Below are positions 23,101-33,056 of a stretch of DNA of 64,000 nt, in pieces (positions within the stretch are counted from its first letter, which is position 1; each line of letters opens with the position of its first letter). The notes under the pieces were generated by a model. That model was given only the letters and a program-made list of their open reading frames with translations. It ran no database searches and had not been told where the DNA came from. Source of the stretch: Candidatus Doudnabacteria bacterium (lineage in GTDB: Bacteria; Patescibacteriota; JAQUNI01); assembly GCA_041644975.1 (NCBI GenBank), contig JBAZQX010000006.1, positions 9,761-73,760 of the forward strand, given 5' to 3'. The translations under genes were made by a program, and so were the position numbers.

Positions 23101-23345
23101 CATTTTTTTCCAAACAAAAAAATCCTCACCAATCTGCGAAAGGACCCAGCCCTTCATCTTTTTAAAAAAGGTGAAGGGGGAGGAGAGAGATTTTCTCTGC
23201 GTCCAAAAAGGACACAGAAAGTCCATTCGCAGGTTGGTGAGGACAAATTACCCTTTCCTCAAATGGCATTTTAAAATACCATTTAGGGAAAGGAGGAATA
23301 GGATCATAAAATAAAAAAAATTTAATCCTATCCTCGGAAGCACAA

Positions 23346-23684
23346 CTATTCGCCAGCCATTGCCGCGCGATAGTTACAAAAATTCACCCAGCCATCCTCT
23401 TTTGCTACTTTTCGTAGCAAAATAATTTCAGCATCAGTGACTTCATTCCTACCTGGAGGCAATAAGGGCTCAACCATATAGTTGCCTTTGCTATAAACCC
23501 AGTGACCACCCGGAGACAAATCGGTCACTAATTCTCCAGTTTTAAATTGAAAAACGACGGATAGAGGAGATACCTTTAAATAGCAAAGGTCATAAATCCC
23601 CCATCCGAGCCATCCCACAATAAAAGCCAATAACAGATAGATGACCGAAAGAAAAATTATCCTCATTTTTTTCTCCTTTGCCAC
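23346..23684 (-). CDS. hypothetical membrane-anchored protein
   Basis: 112 aa, one N-terminal TM. Confidence 0.55.
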   Translation of the reverse strand: MAKEKKMRIIFLSVIYLLLAFIVGWLGWGIYDLCYLKVSPLSVVFQFKTGELVTDLSPGGHWVYSKGNYMVEPLLPPGRNEVTDAEIILLRKVAKEDGWVNFCNYRAAMAGE

Positions 23685-24534
23685 TTTAATGTGGCTTATG
23701 GGTTTTGGGTTTTACTAATAATGAACAATCACTCTTTTGGATTAAACTCTAATTTTTCTCTCCTACCCCAGGGATCGGGAGATTTTCCCCCTGATAAGGG
23801 GGAAGTAAAGGGGGTTGAATTTTTTTATAACCACTCCTCAACCTCCCGCTTTCCAAAGGGGAGGAACTAAAAGACTTTAACCCAAAAGAATGAGCCAAGG
23901 GAAGAAAAAATATCTCTCAACCCTTGACTGAAACGGCTTTAAGGATTTTCATTAAAGGGGTTTTCTCGTCCCCCTGACTGATAAAAATCCTCGAGCATAA
24001 TACCCACTTTTTTAAAGAAATTTTTTAAAACTTGAAAAATCTTTTTCATTCCTCACCTCCTCAACAAAAATGACAACTGTAGCTTAACGACACCTCCAAA
24101 TTGCCTTTTCTTTTTTAAAAAGAAACTTAGAGATAACTTTAGGCACCTTAAATTACGCAATGCGTCGTCATTCAAGAATTAGGTAAGAATACACAGAACA
24201 ACAAATAAAGATTGAAGGAATGGATAAACAGACGAATTATACAGATCATTTCGTTTATCCATTCCTCCTGCGGATAGATTTTGGTTTACCACCAAAAATC
24301 TATCTGTATTGTTTTCTCTATTACTCCGCCTTTATAGGCGAGACAATAAAAATGCAAGACATGCCACCACAACAATCACCTCCTCTTACGGTTAGCTTTA
24401 CTATCCAACAACTGAAACTTTATTGACTTATATAGACACCTTCTTACTCTCCTCCAACTAAATTTTGGAAAATTTTCCAAAGCTTGGTTGAAGGACTGAC
24501 GCGAAGAAAAAAATGTGCGTCAGTCCGGAATTCG

Positions 24535-24933
24535 CTACACGAATTTTATTCCTGCCAGGATGTTAACCCCAGCGAATTTGGCGAATAACCATATTATTCC
24601 ATAGTTCGCTAGAATCCATAACAGAAAGCATAAACATGCAACAATTATCATATAATCGTTGGGGTTAGACAACATGATGCCAACGATTAATAAGAATGTG
24701 AACAATCCCATAATTATGGTTGCAACATATAAGATATTTGCAACCACTGAAACTGCGTTGCTTATTTCATAACCATGCATTTCTAACAGGTTGAATATAA
24801 CATTTAGTAGAGATAAAAATATCCCCACTATTGTTATAATTATTATTGCCCAATGAAAACGATAATGGGCAACCTTGTCGTTATACCCTACCTCTTGGTC
24901 AGCTCGAACTGGTTTTTGCGAAAATTCCATCAT
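24535..24933 (-). CDS. hypothetical multi-pass membrane protein
   Basis: Three long hydrophobic segments; ATGA overlap with upstream ORF. Confidence 0.6.
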   Translation of the reverse strand: MMEFSQKPVRADQEVGYNDKVAHYRFHWAIIIITIVGIFLSLLNVIFNLLEMHGYEISNAVSVVANILYVATIIMGLFTFLLIVGIMLSNPNDYMIIVACLCFLLWILANYGIIWLFAKFAGVNILAGIKFV

Positions 24934-25280
24934 TCTGCACTCCCAAAATATTCAAAGGCTGCTTTCCATACTATGCCATTTCTAACACAATAAATTTGTA
25001 GATTAATGTGCTGGATCATAATATCCAGAACGCATTTTTTGGGAATGCGAACTAAAATTACCCAATCTCCTTCTTCCTCTAAAAAATAGAACCCATTTTT
25101 CTTTTTCAAGAGTCCGGGTATCAATTTTTGGGCATCTACTTCTGTTTCATCTTTACGACAAACAACGATCTCTTCTAACCTAATCTCCAAATCCACTTTA
25201 TTCATTTTCTTCTCCTCGGCCATTTCTGACCTTTCAAAAAACCTTAAACCTTTTCTTTCTTCCACCCCAGTAAATGCCAT
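24930..25280 (-). CDS. hypothetical protein
   Basis: ORF translationally coupled to the next gene; start uncertain. Confidence 0.5.
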   Translation of the reverse strand: MAFTGVEERKGLRFFERSEMAEEKKMNKVDLEIRLEEIVVCRKDETEVDAQKLIPGLLKKKNGFYFLEEEGDWVILVRIPKKCVLDIMIQHINLQIYCVRNGIVWKAAFEYFGSAE

Positions 25281-25823
25281 ACCTTCAAATCAGGCCATTA
25301 CCCTCTTTCTGGCAGGGACGGAAAGATTAAAATTAAGGGCAAATATTAATCGCTCCAAGCGACCAAACTGTGGCTAATCTTTCCTTCCCTGCCCGAGGGG
25401 AGGTTGGGAGGGGAGGGAGCTTCAATAGATAGACCCCCTCCACCTCCCCCTTGGTAAGGGGGAGAAAATTTCAATTTCGCCGCACTTTGGTTGCTTGGAT
25501 ATGGTATTCGGTTTTAAAGAACACATAACCCCTCTTAGTCTCCCCTTATCAGGGGAGAAACTCTTAAAGAGGACGATGTAGATGAGAAATAGGCGTAATA
25601 AATATTTTGGCCCTCTCCTCTACATCGTTCTCTCTGCTATAAACCTAAACGTGGTTCATAGCTGGACTGCGCTAGACATAGTGTAGCTCGTCTTCTCTTA
25701 TATAAATGATAAAGAATCATTACTTCTAAGTCTCTTTCTCCCCTCCTTGCAATAACATTTGGAAAGAAACTTGGAAGTGAGGACCAGTATTTCTCTGGTC
25801 CGAAGGTTTGTATTTAACTAAGC

Positions 25824-25997
25824 CTAGCGCAATCCTGTCTGATGCCACACGGCATCTCTCCCAAGGTTACCAGGGTCTAGTATTTGTTGACCCCCCAAGA
25901 GAGTCATAACGAAACTATGCGCATCAACAATAGGTTCGTCTTCGTCTTCTTCATCATCATCTTCGTTATCATCTATCTCATCATCAAAGTTTACCAC
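25824..25997 (-). CDS. 57-aa acidic peptide
   Basis: AGGAGGTGA RBS, GTG start, MVNFDDEIDDNEDDDEEDEDE... Confidence 0.4.
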   Translation of the reverse strand: MVNFDDEIDDNEDDDEEDEDEPIVDAHSFVMTLLGGQQILDPGNLGRDAVWHQTGLR

Positions 25998-26455
25998 TCA
26001 ATTCACCTCCTTAAATTTTGGCAGTCAAATGTTCAAGTTCAAACGTTTCTCAAGAAGACGATGCAGATGAGATTTTGAATGGGATTATTTTGGAAACGGC
26101 AGCTGTCTTAGGGTGAATAATTAATATGAATATTACCCTAAGTAATCCTGCCAAAAAATAATCCATTCGCACTCTCTCCTCCACATCGTTCTCTTGAGGA
26201 TTTTCTCAAACCCCCTCTTCACTCCCCCTTTGAAATGGGGAGATTTTGGTAAACAAATAGCCCCAAGGTAGAAAACCTAAGGGCTATTTGTCAAAATTCT
26301 GAATTAGTATTAAAAGGTTCTCTCTCCTTTACCCTCCGAAGCTTCAGCGCAGGAGGGCTTTACCTCGCCGAAGTCCCAATGGGACAAAGGCAAGTTTTTA
26401 ATAATATATATAAAATTGTAAATTAGCATTTTTCTTATTTTGTTTTAGGACTGTT

Positions 26456-26484
26456 ATCATAGCATACTTTGATATTCTTGTCAA
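26456..26484 (-). promoter_or_regulatory. sigma70 promoter
   Basis: TTGACA-17-TATGAT with extended TG. Confidence 0.65.
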
Positions 26485-27004
26485 GGGTTTCACCTAATTT
26501 TGGATCATTTTAAGGCTTTTTATCCATTATTCTAAGCCTATCAATATTATTTGTTCAGGTAGAGAAGCAAGAGCGGTGAAGATCAAACAGAGTTGAATAA
26601 AAATCATCTACGATCCTCGTTGGTCTTCACCGTTTGCGGATTCAAAAATCTTGTATTGGATCCCCATCCAAAGGGGAGGAATTTTCTGAACCTTCCAAAT
26701 TCCACATCGTGAAATCTGAAATTTGGAAGATTGGTGAGCTGGTTTTGCCTAGGTTTTTTCTAATCCCCAGAAAAGTTACTTTCCAAATCTTGTTGGAGCA
26801 AGAATTAATTTGAATGAACATATATATAAATTTTCCCTGCTCCAACCGGATTTGAAAATAACTTTTTGATATTTTGTTTGAAGTGGTATTATATCATAAT
26901 CATATATTTTTGTCAAGAGTTTATTCTCTTTTATAACAAAAAAGGGCTTATTGTAGCCAAATTTTTATTTCTTAATTTTTAATTTTTAACTAATTTTTAT
27001 TTGT

Positions 27005-27403
27005 TTAATTTTTATTACTCTTAATAGTGGATAAGATTTTGGAAAACATTTTGGCGTAGCCTTGAGTTTCTAGCCATAACTTGCGGCATTCACTTTTTAC
27101 GCTAGCATCGGCTTGAGCCAACATTCTTAACCAGTGCATTGTCTCCTTGGCTTCTTTCTTACAGATGTGGATTTTGTTCTTGAAATCTTTTTTACTTGAC
27201 GCGCCGTTCGCTTCCATCCTTCCTTTGTCAGGATTTTCAATATAGTTTGCTCCAATAGAAGTGCCAGCTCTAACCAACTGGCTGATAATGGGTAGAGTCA
27301 CTGCATTTTTAGCCGCTTTCTTGGTTAAAATAATGATTTTCTCCCCTAATTGTTCAAACTTCTCCTCTAAATCATAACTTTGCTTTGTATTTATGCGGGG
27401 CAT
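27005..27403 (-). CDS. four helix bundle protein (23S rRNA-IVP-like family)
   Basis: QLVRAGTSIGANY...EA...SKKDF...KKEAKET.HWL. Confidence 0.88.
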   Translation of the reverse strand: MPRINTKQSYDLEEKFEQLGEKIIILTKKAAKNAVTLPIISQLVRAGTSIGANYIENPDKGRMEANGASSKKDFKNKIHICKKEAKETMHWLRMLAQADASVKSECRKLWLETQGYAKMFSKILSTIKSNKN

Positions 27404-27475
27404 AAATGGTTTAATAAGTAAATAATTCAATAAAAATTAGCTAAAAATTAATAAATAAAAATTAAAAATTACTTT

Positions 27476-28654
27476 CTACTCTCCCCTCAACGCTTCCACG
27501 GGATCCATCCTGCTTGCCCGAATCGCAGGATAAAGACCGGACAATAGACCCACAAGCGTGGCAAAAACAATAATACTGCCTATAAGCCACCAAGGCAGCG
27601 CAAATAAATCAACTTGGGTTTGGACAATGTTTTGCGCGGCAATATAATTATTAAGAAGAGAACTTAAAATTACAGTAATGCCCCAGCCGCAGAGCACGCC
27701 AAAAAAACCGCCGATAAAACCAATCGCAGAAGCTTCCAAACTGAAAATTTTTAAGATGTCCCGCCGCGACGCGCCGACCGCGCGCATCACCCCAATCTCA
27801 CGAGTCCGCTCCAGGGTAGCCATAATCATCGTATTGATAATCCCGAGGGAAGCGACGCCCAAGATGATAATCCCCACGCTTCCGAGAGCAAGTTCTAAAA
27901 TCCTGAAATATTTGGTCACGCGGTCAACCAAATCATCTAAAGCGACTGCTTCCAAGCCCATCCCCTTAATCTCTTTGCTAATCCCCGCGACCTTTTGCAC
28001 GGAATTTGCCTTCACCCGCAGACTATCATAAGTTACCATTTTCTTAATCTCGCTCGCCTGGGTCAAAGGGATAAAAACTCCATAGCCCAAGATATTCTCT
28101 CCCCGAGCCACGCCGACAATTTTTAAAACTAAATTCTTTTGGCCGAAGGTTAAATTTAAAGATTTACCTAAAAATCTCTCTGGATAATCATTAGAAAAAT
28201 CTTTCAAAAAATTCTCTCCTATGACAGCGCTTTCCCCTGCCAAACTTGAAGCGGGACTACCAGCGATCAATTTAAAAACATCCGTCGCCCCTGACGGCAC
28301 GGCAGTAACCAAGGTCTTGCCTACTTTTTTTTCAAAACCGCTCAAGGATACCTCATCAGCCATTAAAGTAACCATCGGATCCACACGCGCGACATCAGGC
28401 AGGCTTTCCAACTTGCTGATTGTTTCGGAGTCCAGAAGCCGATTCCCATCCTCTTTCTGATAAACATTAATGTCTGTTAATTCTCCCGTGTCTTTCAGAC
28501 CTTTAACGACGATCTGCTGTAAACCCACGCCCAGAGAAACCATAGAGCTAATTAAAGTCGTGCCGATAAGAATCGCGAAGGTCGTTAAAACCGTGCGCAA
28601 CTTGCGGCGGCGCAGATTTTTGAAAGCAAATAAAATTGCCGAGGAAATCTTCAT
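27476..28654 (-). CDS. ABC exporter permease (MacB/FtsX family)
   Basis: RTVLT, ERTREIGVMRAVGA, PAIRASRMDPVEALR. Confidence 0.93.
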   Translation of the reverse strand: MKISSAILFAFKNLRRRKLRTVLTTFAILIGTTLISSMVSLGVGLQQIVVKGLKDTGELTDINVYQKEDGNRLLDSETISKLESLPDVARVDPMVTLMADEVSLSGFEKKVGKTLVTAVPSGATDVFKLIAGSPASSLAGESAVIGENFLKDFSNDYPERFLGKSLNLTFGQKNLVLKIVGVARGENILGYGVFIPLTQASEIKKMVTYDSLRVKANSVQKVAGISKEIKGMGLEAVALDDLVDRVTKYFRILELALGSVGIIILGVASLGIINTMIMATLERTREIGVMRAVGASRRDILKIFSLEASAIGFIGGFFGVLCGWGITVILSSLLNNYIAAQNIVQTQVDLFALPWWLIGSIIVFATLVGLLSGLYPAIRASRMDPVEALRGE

Positions 28655-28786
28655 AGAGAAAATTCAAAATGTAAAAATTAAAATGAAAGTTTAAAATGTC
28701 AAAATGAAAAAAATTTTAAAATTTTGCATTGTCTCGCTGTGCGAGATCTGACCATAAAGATCTGGCAAATCCAGAAAAATTGAAAA

Positions 28787-29452
28787 TTAATTTATCACTC
28801 TCCCATCCTGCATCCTTAAAACCCGAGGCGCGATTCCCGCCGCTTCCGAATCATGGGTAACTAAAAGCACGGTGACGCCCAAGTGCTGATTAATATAAGA
28901 TAAAATCTCTAAAATCTGTTGGCTTGCCTGCGAATCTAGATTTCCTGTCGGCTCATCCGCCAAAATAATCTCTGGCCGCGTCACGAGAGCGCGCGCGATG
29001 GCTACCCGCTGGCGCTGACCCCCTGAAAGTTCACTGCCCTTATGTTCAAGCCGGTCGCCTAACCCCAGCCATATCAGCAAATCAGCAGCAATTCTATTTC
29101 TTTTCCCCTTGGCAACATTAGCGAATAACAAAGGCAAAGCGACATTTTCCACGGCGGTTTGCGAGGAGTCTAAATTAAACATCTGAAAGATGAAGCCGAC
29201 TTTTTGATTGCGGTAAGTAGAAATGGCTTGGTCCGACAGACTGGTCAAACAAAGCTGGTCCACAAAAATATCGCCCTGATTCGGCCGATCCAAACCGCCG
29301 ATCACGTGCAAAAGAGTGGATTTTCCCGAACCCGAGGGACCCGTGATCGCCAAAAATTCACCCCGGCTGATATTCAAATTAATACCATCCAAGGCAAAAA
29401 TATTTTCTCCACCCATCTTGTAGATTTTAGAAACATTCTGGAGGGAAATCAT
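28787..29452 (-). CDS. ABC transporter ATP-binding protein (LolD/MacB type)
   Basis: GPSGSGKS, LSGGQRQR, ADEPTGNLD. Confidence 0.95.
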   Translation of the reverse strand: MISLQNVSKIYKMGGENIFALDGINLNISRGEFLAITGPSGSGKSTLLHVIGGLDRPNQGDIFVDQLCLTSLSDQAISTYRNQKVGFIFQMFNLDSSQTAVENVALPLLFANVAKGKRNRIAADLLIWLGLGDRLEHKGSELSGGQRQRVAIARALVTRPEIILADEPTGNLDSQASQQILEILSYINQHLGVTVLLVTHDSEAAGIAPRVLRMQDGRVIN

Positions 29453-29572
29453 AACAAATTAAAAATTTTAAATGAAAAATGTAAAATTATAACGCAAAAT
29501 CCAAAATTCTTCAATTTCTTAATTTTGAATTTTAAATTGCAATTTTCAATTTTGAACTTTTAATTTTTAATT

Positions 29573-30163
29573 TTATATTCTTCCCCAATCCAATTCCGCT
29601 GGTTTGTGGCTGCCGATTCTGTCCACTAACTTTAAATAATCACTCTTAAAAATTGTATCCACAAAACGGTCATGCATTTCCTGACGATACAAAAATTCAG
29701 CGAGCGACACTACCGTATAATTTAACTCCTCGCCTAATCCCTCTTCTAATTTTCTCACAATACGCACGAGCGCTTTTTTATTGATCCTGCCCACAACAAA
29801 CAAATCCACCGGCGAATCATCTAAACCAATGAACTTACCCGAGAGACAGGCAAACTTGATTCCCGCTAACTGCTCAATGTCCCGAGCCAATTTACTCCCC
29901 TCCAATCCCGCCTTGAAAATCAGACGCTTTAATTCCGGATACAGTTTAAACTGATCGTTCGGGTAATAATACTTCTTGCCCTCCTGGAAGCGACTCTTGA
30001 GCAGTCCTAATCCCTCCAAATTCGCAAGCTCTAGTCTCACCGAATTAATCCTTTCATCCAAACGGCGGGTTAACTCCCGCACATAATAAGATTGGGGCTT
30101 GCCCGCCAAAAAAATCGCCAGTAGCTTCACCCTTACTTTGGAAGAAAATAATTGTTCCAGCAT
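29573..30163 (-). CDS. winged-helix plus nucleotidyltransferase-like fold protein
   Basis: YVRELTR...NSVRLEL helix-turn-helix; VDLFVVG. Confidence 0.65.
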   Translation of the reverse strand: MLEQLFSSKVRVKLLAIFLAGKPQSYYVRELTRRLDERINSVRLELANLEGLGLLKSRFQEGKKYYYPNDQFKLYPELKRLIFKAGLEGSKLARDIEQLAGIKFACLSGKFIGLDDSPVDLFVVGRINKKALVRIVRKLEEGLGEELNYTVVSLAEFLYRQEMHDRFVDTIFKSDYLKLVDRIGSHKPAELDWGRI

Positions 30164-30344
30164 AGAGTTGCTTTTGAACAAGTTAGTTGTTCACTTTTAA
30201 TATAGCATAACAAAAATCAGAATGTAAAGCTAGTCCAGTTTCTAAATGACCTAAATAACAACAGCTAATTTTAAAATTCTTGCAACTTGTAACATATAAC
30301 CCAAGACTTGAGTTATATGTTACACGTTATAAGTTACAAATTTA

Positions 30345-30399
30345 CCCCGTTAGAGAACTTCGTTCTCTAACCCCGTTTAGAAATTTATTTCTAACGGGG
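30345..30399. mobile_element. CCCCGTTAGA element, intergenic
   Basis: TTTA duplicated at both ends. Confidence 0.85.
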
Positions 30400-30492
30400 T
30401 TTACAAGAATTAGGTCAATTAGAAATTTCACCACCTTTTGCATTTTTATCTCATCAATATTATAATGTAAGTAAATACTTTGTATATATCTT

Positions 30493-32802
30493 ATGTTCCA
30501 ACGCTCAAGGTTAGAAATTCAAAACACCAAACTGCTGATTTCTAATCCTAAGGTGCGCGAAGGCTTGTGTAATGTTTTTATTTTTGAACCTGAAAGAGGA
30601 AAAGAGAACTTAGGAGAGCTTCTTATTCTTATCAAAATTGAGGAAGACAATAGAGATAATCGGGAGATCGCCCAAGGAATCGTGGAAATTGTAAAAAATG
30701 AATTTTACCGCGATGCGGAAAAAAATCCCGAAGAAAACTTAGAAGCTAGTTTGGTGAAAATCAATGAGATTCTGAAAGAGTTAGCCTCTTTAGGCAAAGT
30801 GGCTTGGGTGGGTAAGTTGGACGCAATCATCGCTTGTCTCCAAAATAAAAAGCTAATTTTAACCCAAACAGGAAAAGCCTTGTCTCTTTTGGTCCGCGAT
30901 GGCGAGGCTAGTTTTATTACGGAAGGACGGCAGGAGGAAAAAGAAGGCCAACCCCTCAAAACTTTCAAGGGTTTAACCTTCGGTCTTTTGGAACCCAACG
31001 ATCACCTTATTCTTTCCACTGCCACTTTACTTGATTTCTTCTCTCCGGCAAAACTCATCCAAATCCTCTGCCGCGGCACCTTAAAAGAAGCAAAAAATTA
31101 TCTGGAAGAATTACTTAAGGAGCAAATTGAGACAGAAATGGTAGGGACAATCCTTGTCTCCTTAAAACGCATTCAGTCTAAAAAATCTTTCAGACAAAAA
31201 GAAGAACAATTATCCGCTTTAGAAAAAATTGGCAGGCTTGAGGATTTCCCTGAAGTAGTGGAAATGGCAACAGAGGAAGTAGAAACTCAAGCTGATTTCC
31301 TGCAAGCAGTGGATAAAAGACTGGAAGCAAAAAGAAGGGAAAAATTTCCTTTCTCCCTCTTTTGCGCTCTCAAAAGCTCCTTCTTGATTTTAAAACAAGG
31401 AGGGCGATCTTCCTTTAAATATGTCATTAAAATACCCCAATCTCTGTGGCGGTTCATTCTGCTTCCTTTCCTTCTTCTCCTTAAGAAAATATTTTTGTGG
31501 TTTCCTGTCCTTTGGAAAAAACTTCTACCCCTCTTCGGAAAAACAAGGGGTCTCTTGGCGCGCAAAAAGATAAAAACCCCAAGCGTCACCCCCATTCAAA
31601 CTAAACAGGGAATAATCACCAAATTATCCTTTGTGAAATACATTCCAAGATTCATCAAACCGATTTCTCTCCACCTACAAGCTATTCCTTTGCGAAGCAA
31701 AATAATTCTTTCCAGTCTGATCGTCGCGCTATTGTTCCTTGCCTCCGGTATCATCTTCCTCAAAAAATATCATTCCCCCCAGCCCCAAGTCGCGCAAGGC
31801 GAAGAAACGATTCTCCAAGAGGCCGAGGGAAAAAGAAAAGCGGCGTTAGATGCAATGATTTACAAAGACGAAAAGCAAGCAAGGAAACTTTTAGAAGAAG
31901 CGGACCGCCTTACGGGTCAAATTTTGGGTTCGGCCACGCGTCGCGAACAGGCAGAGGGTTTAAAAAGCGCGATTGTAGAGCAATTTGACAAGATGGATAA
32001 TATCACCCGCATCACAGAACCAACGCTTATATTGAATGCTGACCAAATTAACTCTGGTTTCAATCCGTTAGACTTAATTGGCTTGGAGAATGGTCTCTAC
32101 ACTCTCTGCGGTCCCAACAATATCATCCTCCGCCTTGATCCGCAAAAGAAAGAAGCAGTCCAACTCTCGCCCAGTTTTAATGATATAGGCTACCTCGTCC
32201 GCGCTTCCCAGATTGATCAAGGAAAAAATATCCTCTTTGTCAACGCCGATAACGAATTTTCTCTTTTTGATTTTAATTCCTTTAAAATTGAACCTATCAC
32301 GACCGAACCCCCCTTAGAGCCCAACAACATTCAAGATTTAGCTGAATATTCCAACAAAATCTATACCCTCAATCCTAGTGAAAACCAAATCGTGAAATAC
32401 ACGCGCACGATTGGAGGCTTATCCAAAGGAAGCTTATGGCTTTCTGAAGGTGATATTAAAAATGGCGCTTCTTTAGCAATTGACGGTGATGCCTATGTCT
32501 TGACCCTCAATGGTGAAATCTTGAAATTTCGCGCGGGAAAACAAGTGAATTTTAATAAGCCCGCAATCCAGCCCGCCATGGAAAAACCCGCGAAAATTTT
32601 CACGCGATTAAATGACAAAAATCTCTATCTTATTGATCCCCCCACGCGGCGCATTATTGTTTTAGAAAAAAACACGAGCGAAGTGCTCCGCCAATTTACC
32701 TCGGACCAGTTTAACGACCTTAAAGATATTTGGGTAGCACCGGATGAAAAAATAATTTATGTTCTAGCGGGCAAAAGCGTCTTTCAGATAGAAAACAAGT
32801 GA
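30493..32802 (+). CDS. membrane protein: degenerate PP2C-like N-terminal domain, TM, C-terminal beta-propeller
   Basis: 769 aa; NHL-like repeats (SLAIDGDAYVL, LYLIDP) after the TM; domain calls by eye. Confidence 0.55.
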   Translation: MFQRSRLEIQNTKLLISNPKVREGLCNVFIFEPERGKENLGELLILIKIEEDNRDNREIAQGIVEIVKNEFYRDAEKNPEENLEASLVKINEILKELASLGKVAWVGKLDAIIACLQNKKLILTQTGKALSLLVRDGEASFITEGRQEEKEGQPLKTFKGLTFGLLEPNDHLILSTATLLDFFSPAKLIQILCRGTLKEAKNYLEELLKEQIETEMVGTILVSLKRIQSKKSFRQKEEQLSALEKIGRLEDFPEVVEMATEEVETQADFLQAVDKRLEAKRREKFPFSLFCALKSSFLILKQGGRSSFKYVIKIPQSLWRFILLPFLLLLKKIFLWFPVLWKKLLPLFGKTRGLLARKKIKTPSVTPIQTKQGIITKLSFVKYIPRFIKPISLHLQAIPLRSKIILSSLIVALLFLASGIIFLKKYHSPQPQVAQGEETILQEAEGKRKAALDAMIYKDEKQARKLLEEADRLTGQILGSATRREQAEGLKSAIVEQFDKMDNITRITEPTLILNADQINSGFNPLDLIGLENGLYTLCGPNNIILRLDPQKKEAVQLSPSFNDIGYLVRASQIDQGKNILFVNADNEFSLFDFNSFKIEPITTEPPLEPNNIQDLAEYSNKIYTLNPSENQIVKYTRTIGGLSKGSLWLSEGDIKNGASLAIDGDAYVLTLNGEILKFRAGKQVNFNKPAIQPAMEKPAKIFTRLNDKNLYLIDPPTRRIIVLEKNTSEVLRQFTSDQFNDLKDIWVAPDEKIIYVLAGKSVFQIENK

Positions 32803-33011
32803 ATTTTTATTTTTTGATTTTTAATTTTTAACTAATTTTTATTTGCTTAATTTATATTGTTATCATAAATAATACAATAATCCAATAGCTCAATAAAAAT
32901 TAGCCAAAAACTACCTGCCCGCCATCGCTTCGCCCGCCCGCAACGCCTTGCGGCTAGCATGGCGGGCGCGGCTTCAGGCGAGGCGGGCGGGAGAAATAAA
33001 AATTAAAAATT
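32802..33011. repeat. gene-less copy of the four-helix-bundle cassette ends, with nested inserts
   Basis: Ends match 26960-27008 and 27427-27470. Confidence 0.8.
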
Positions 33012-33056
33012 TTAAAAAACAGCCCTTGAGCTGTTTTTGTTTAGTTTAGTTTAGTT

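Noticed and set aside
30280-30465. ORFs at 30280, 23033, 38265, 40865, 53117 and 57672
   Set aside because: Translations of palindromic repeats or tRNA sequence.
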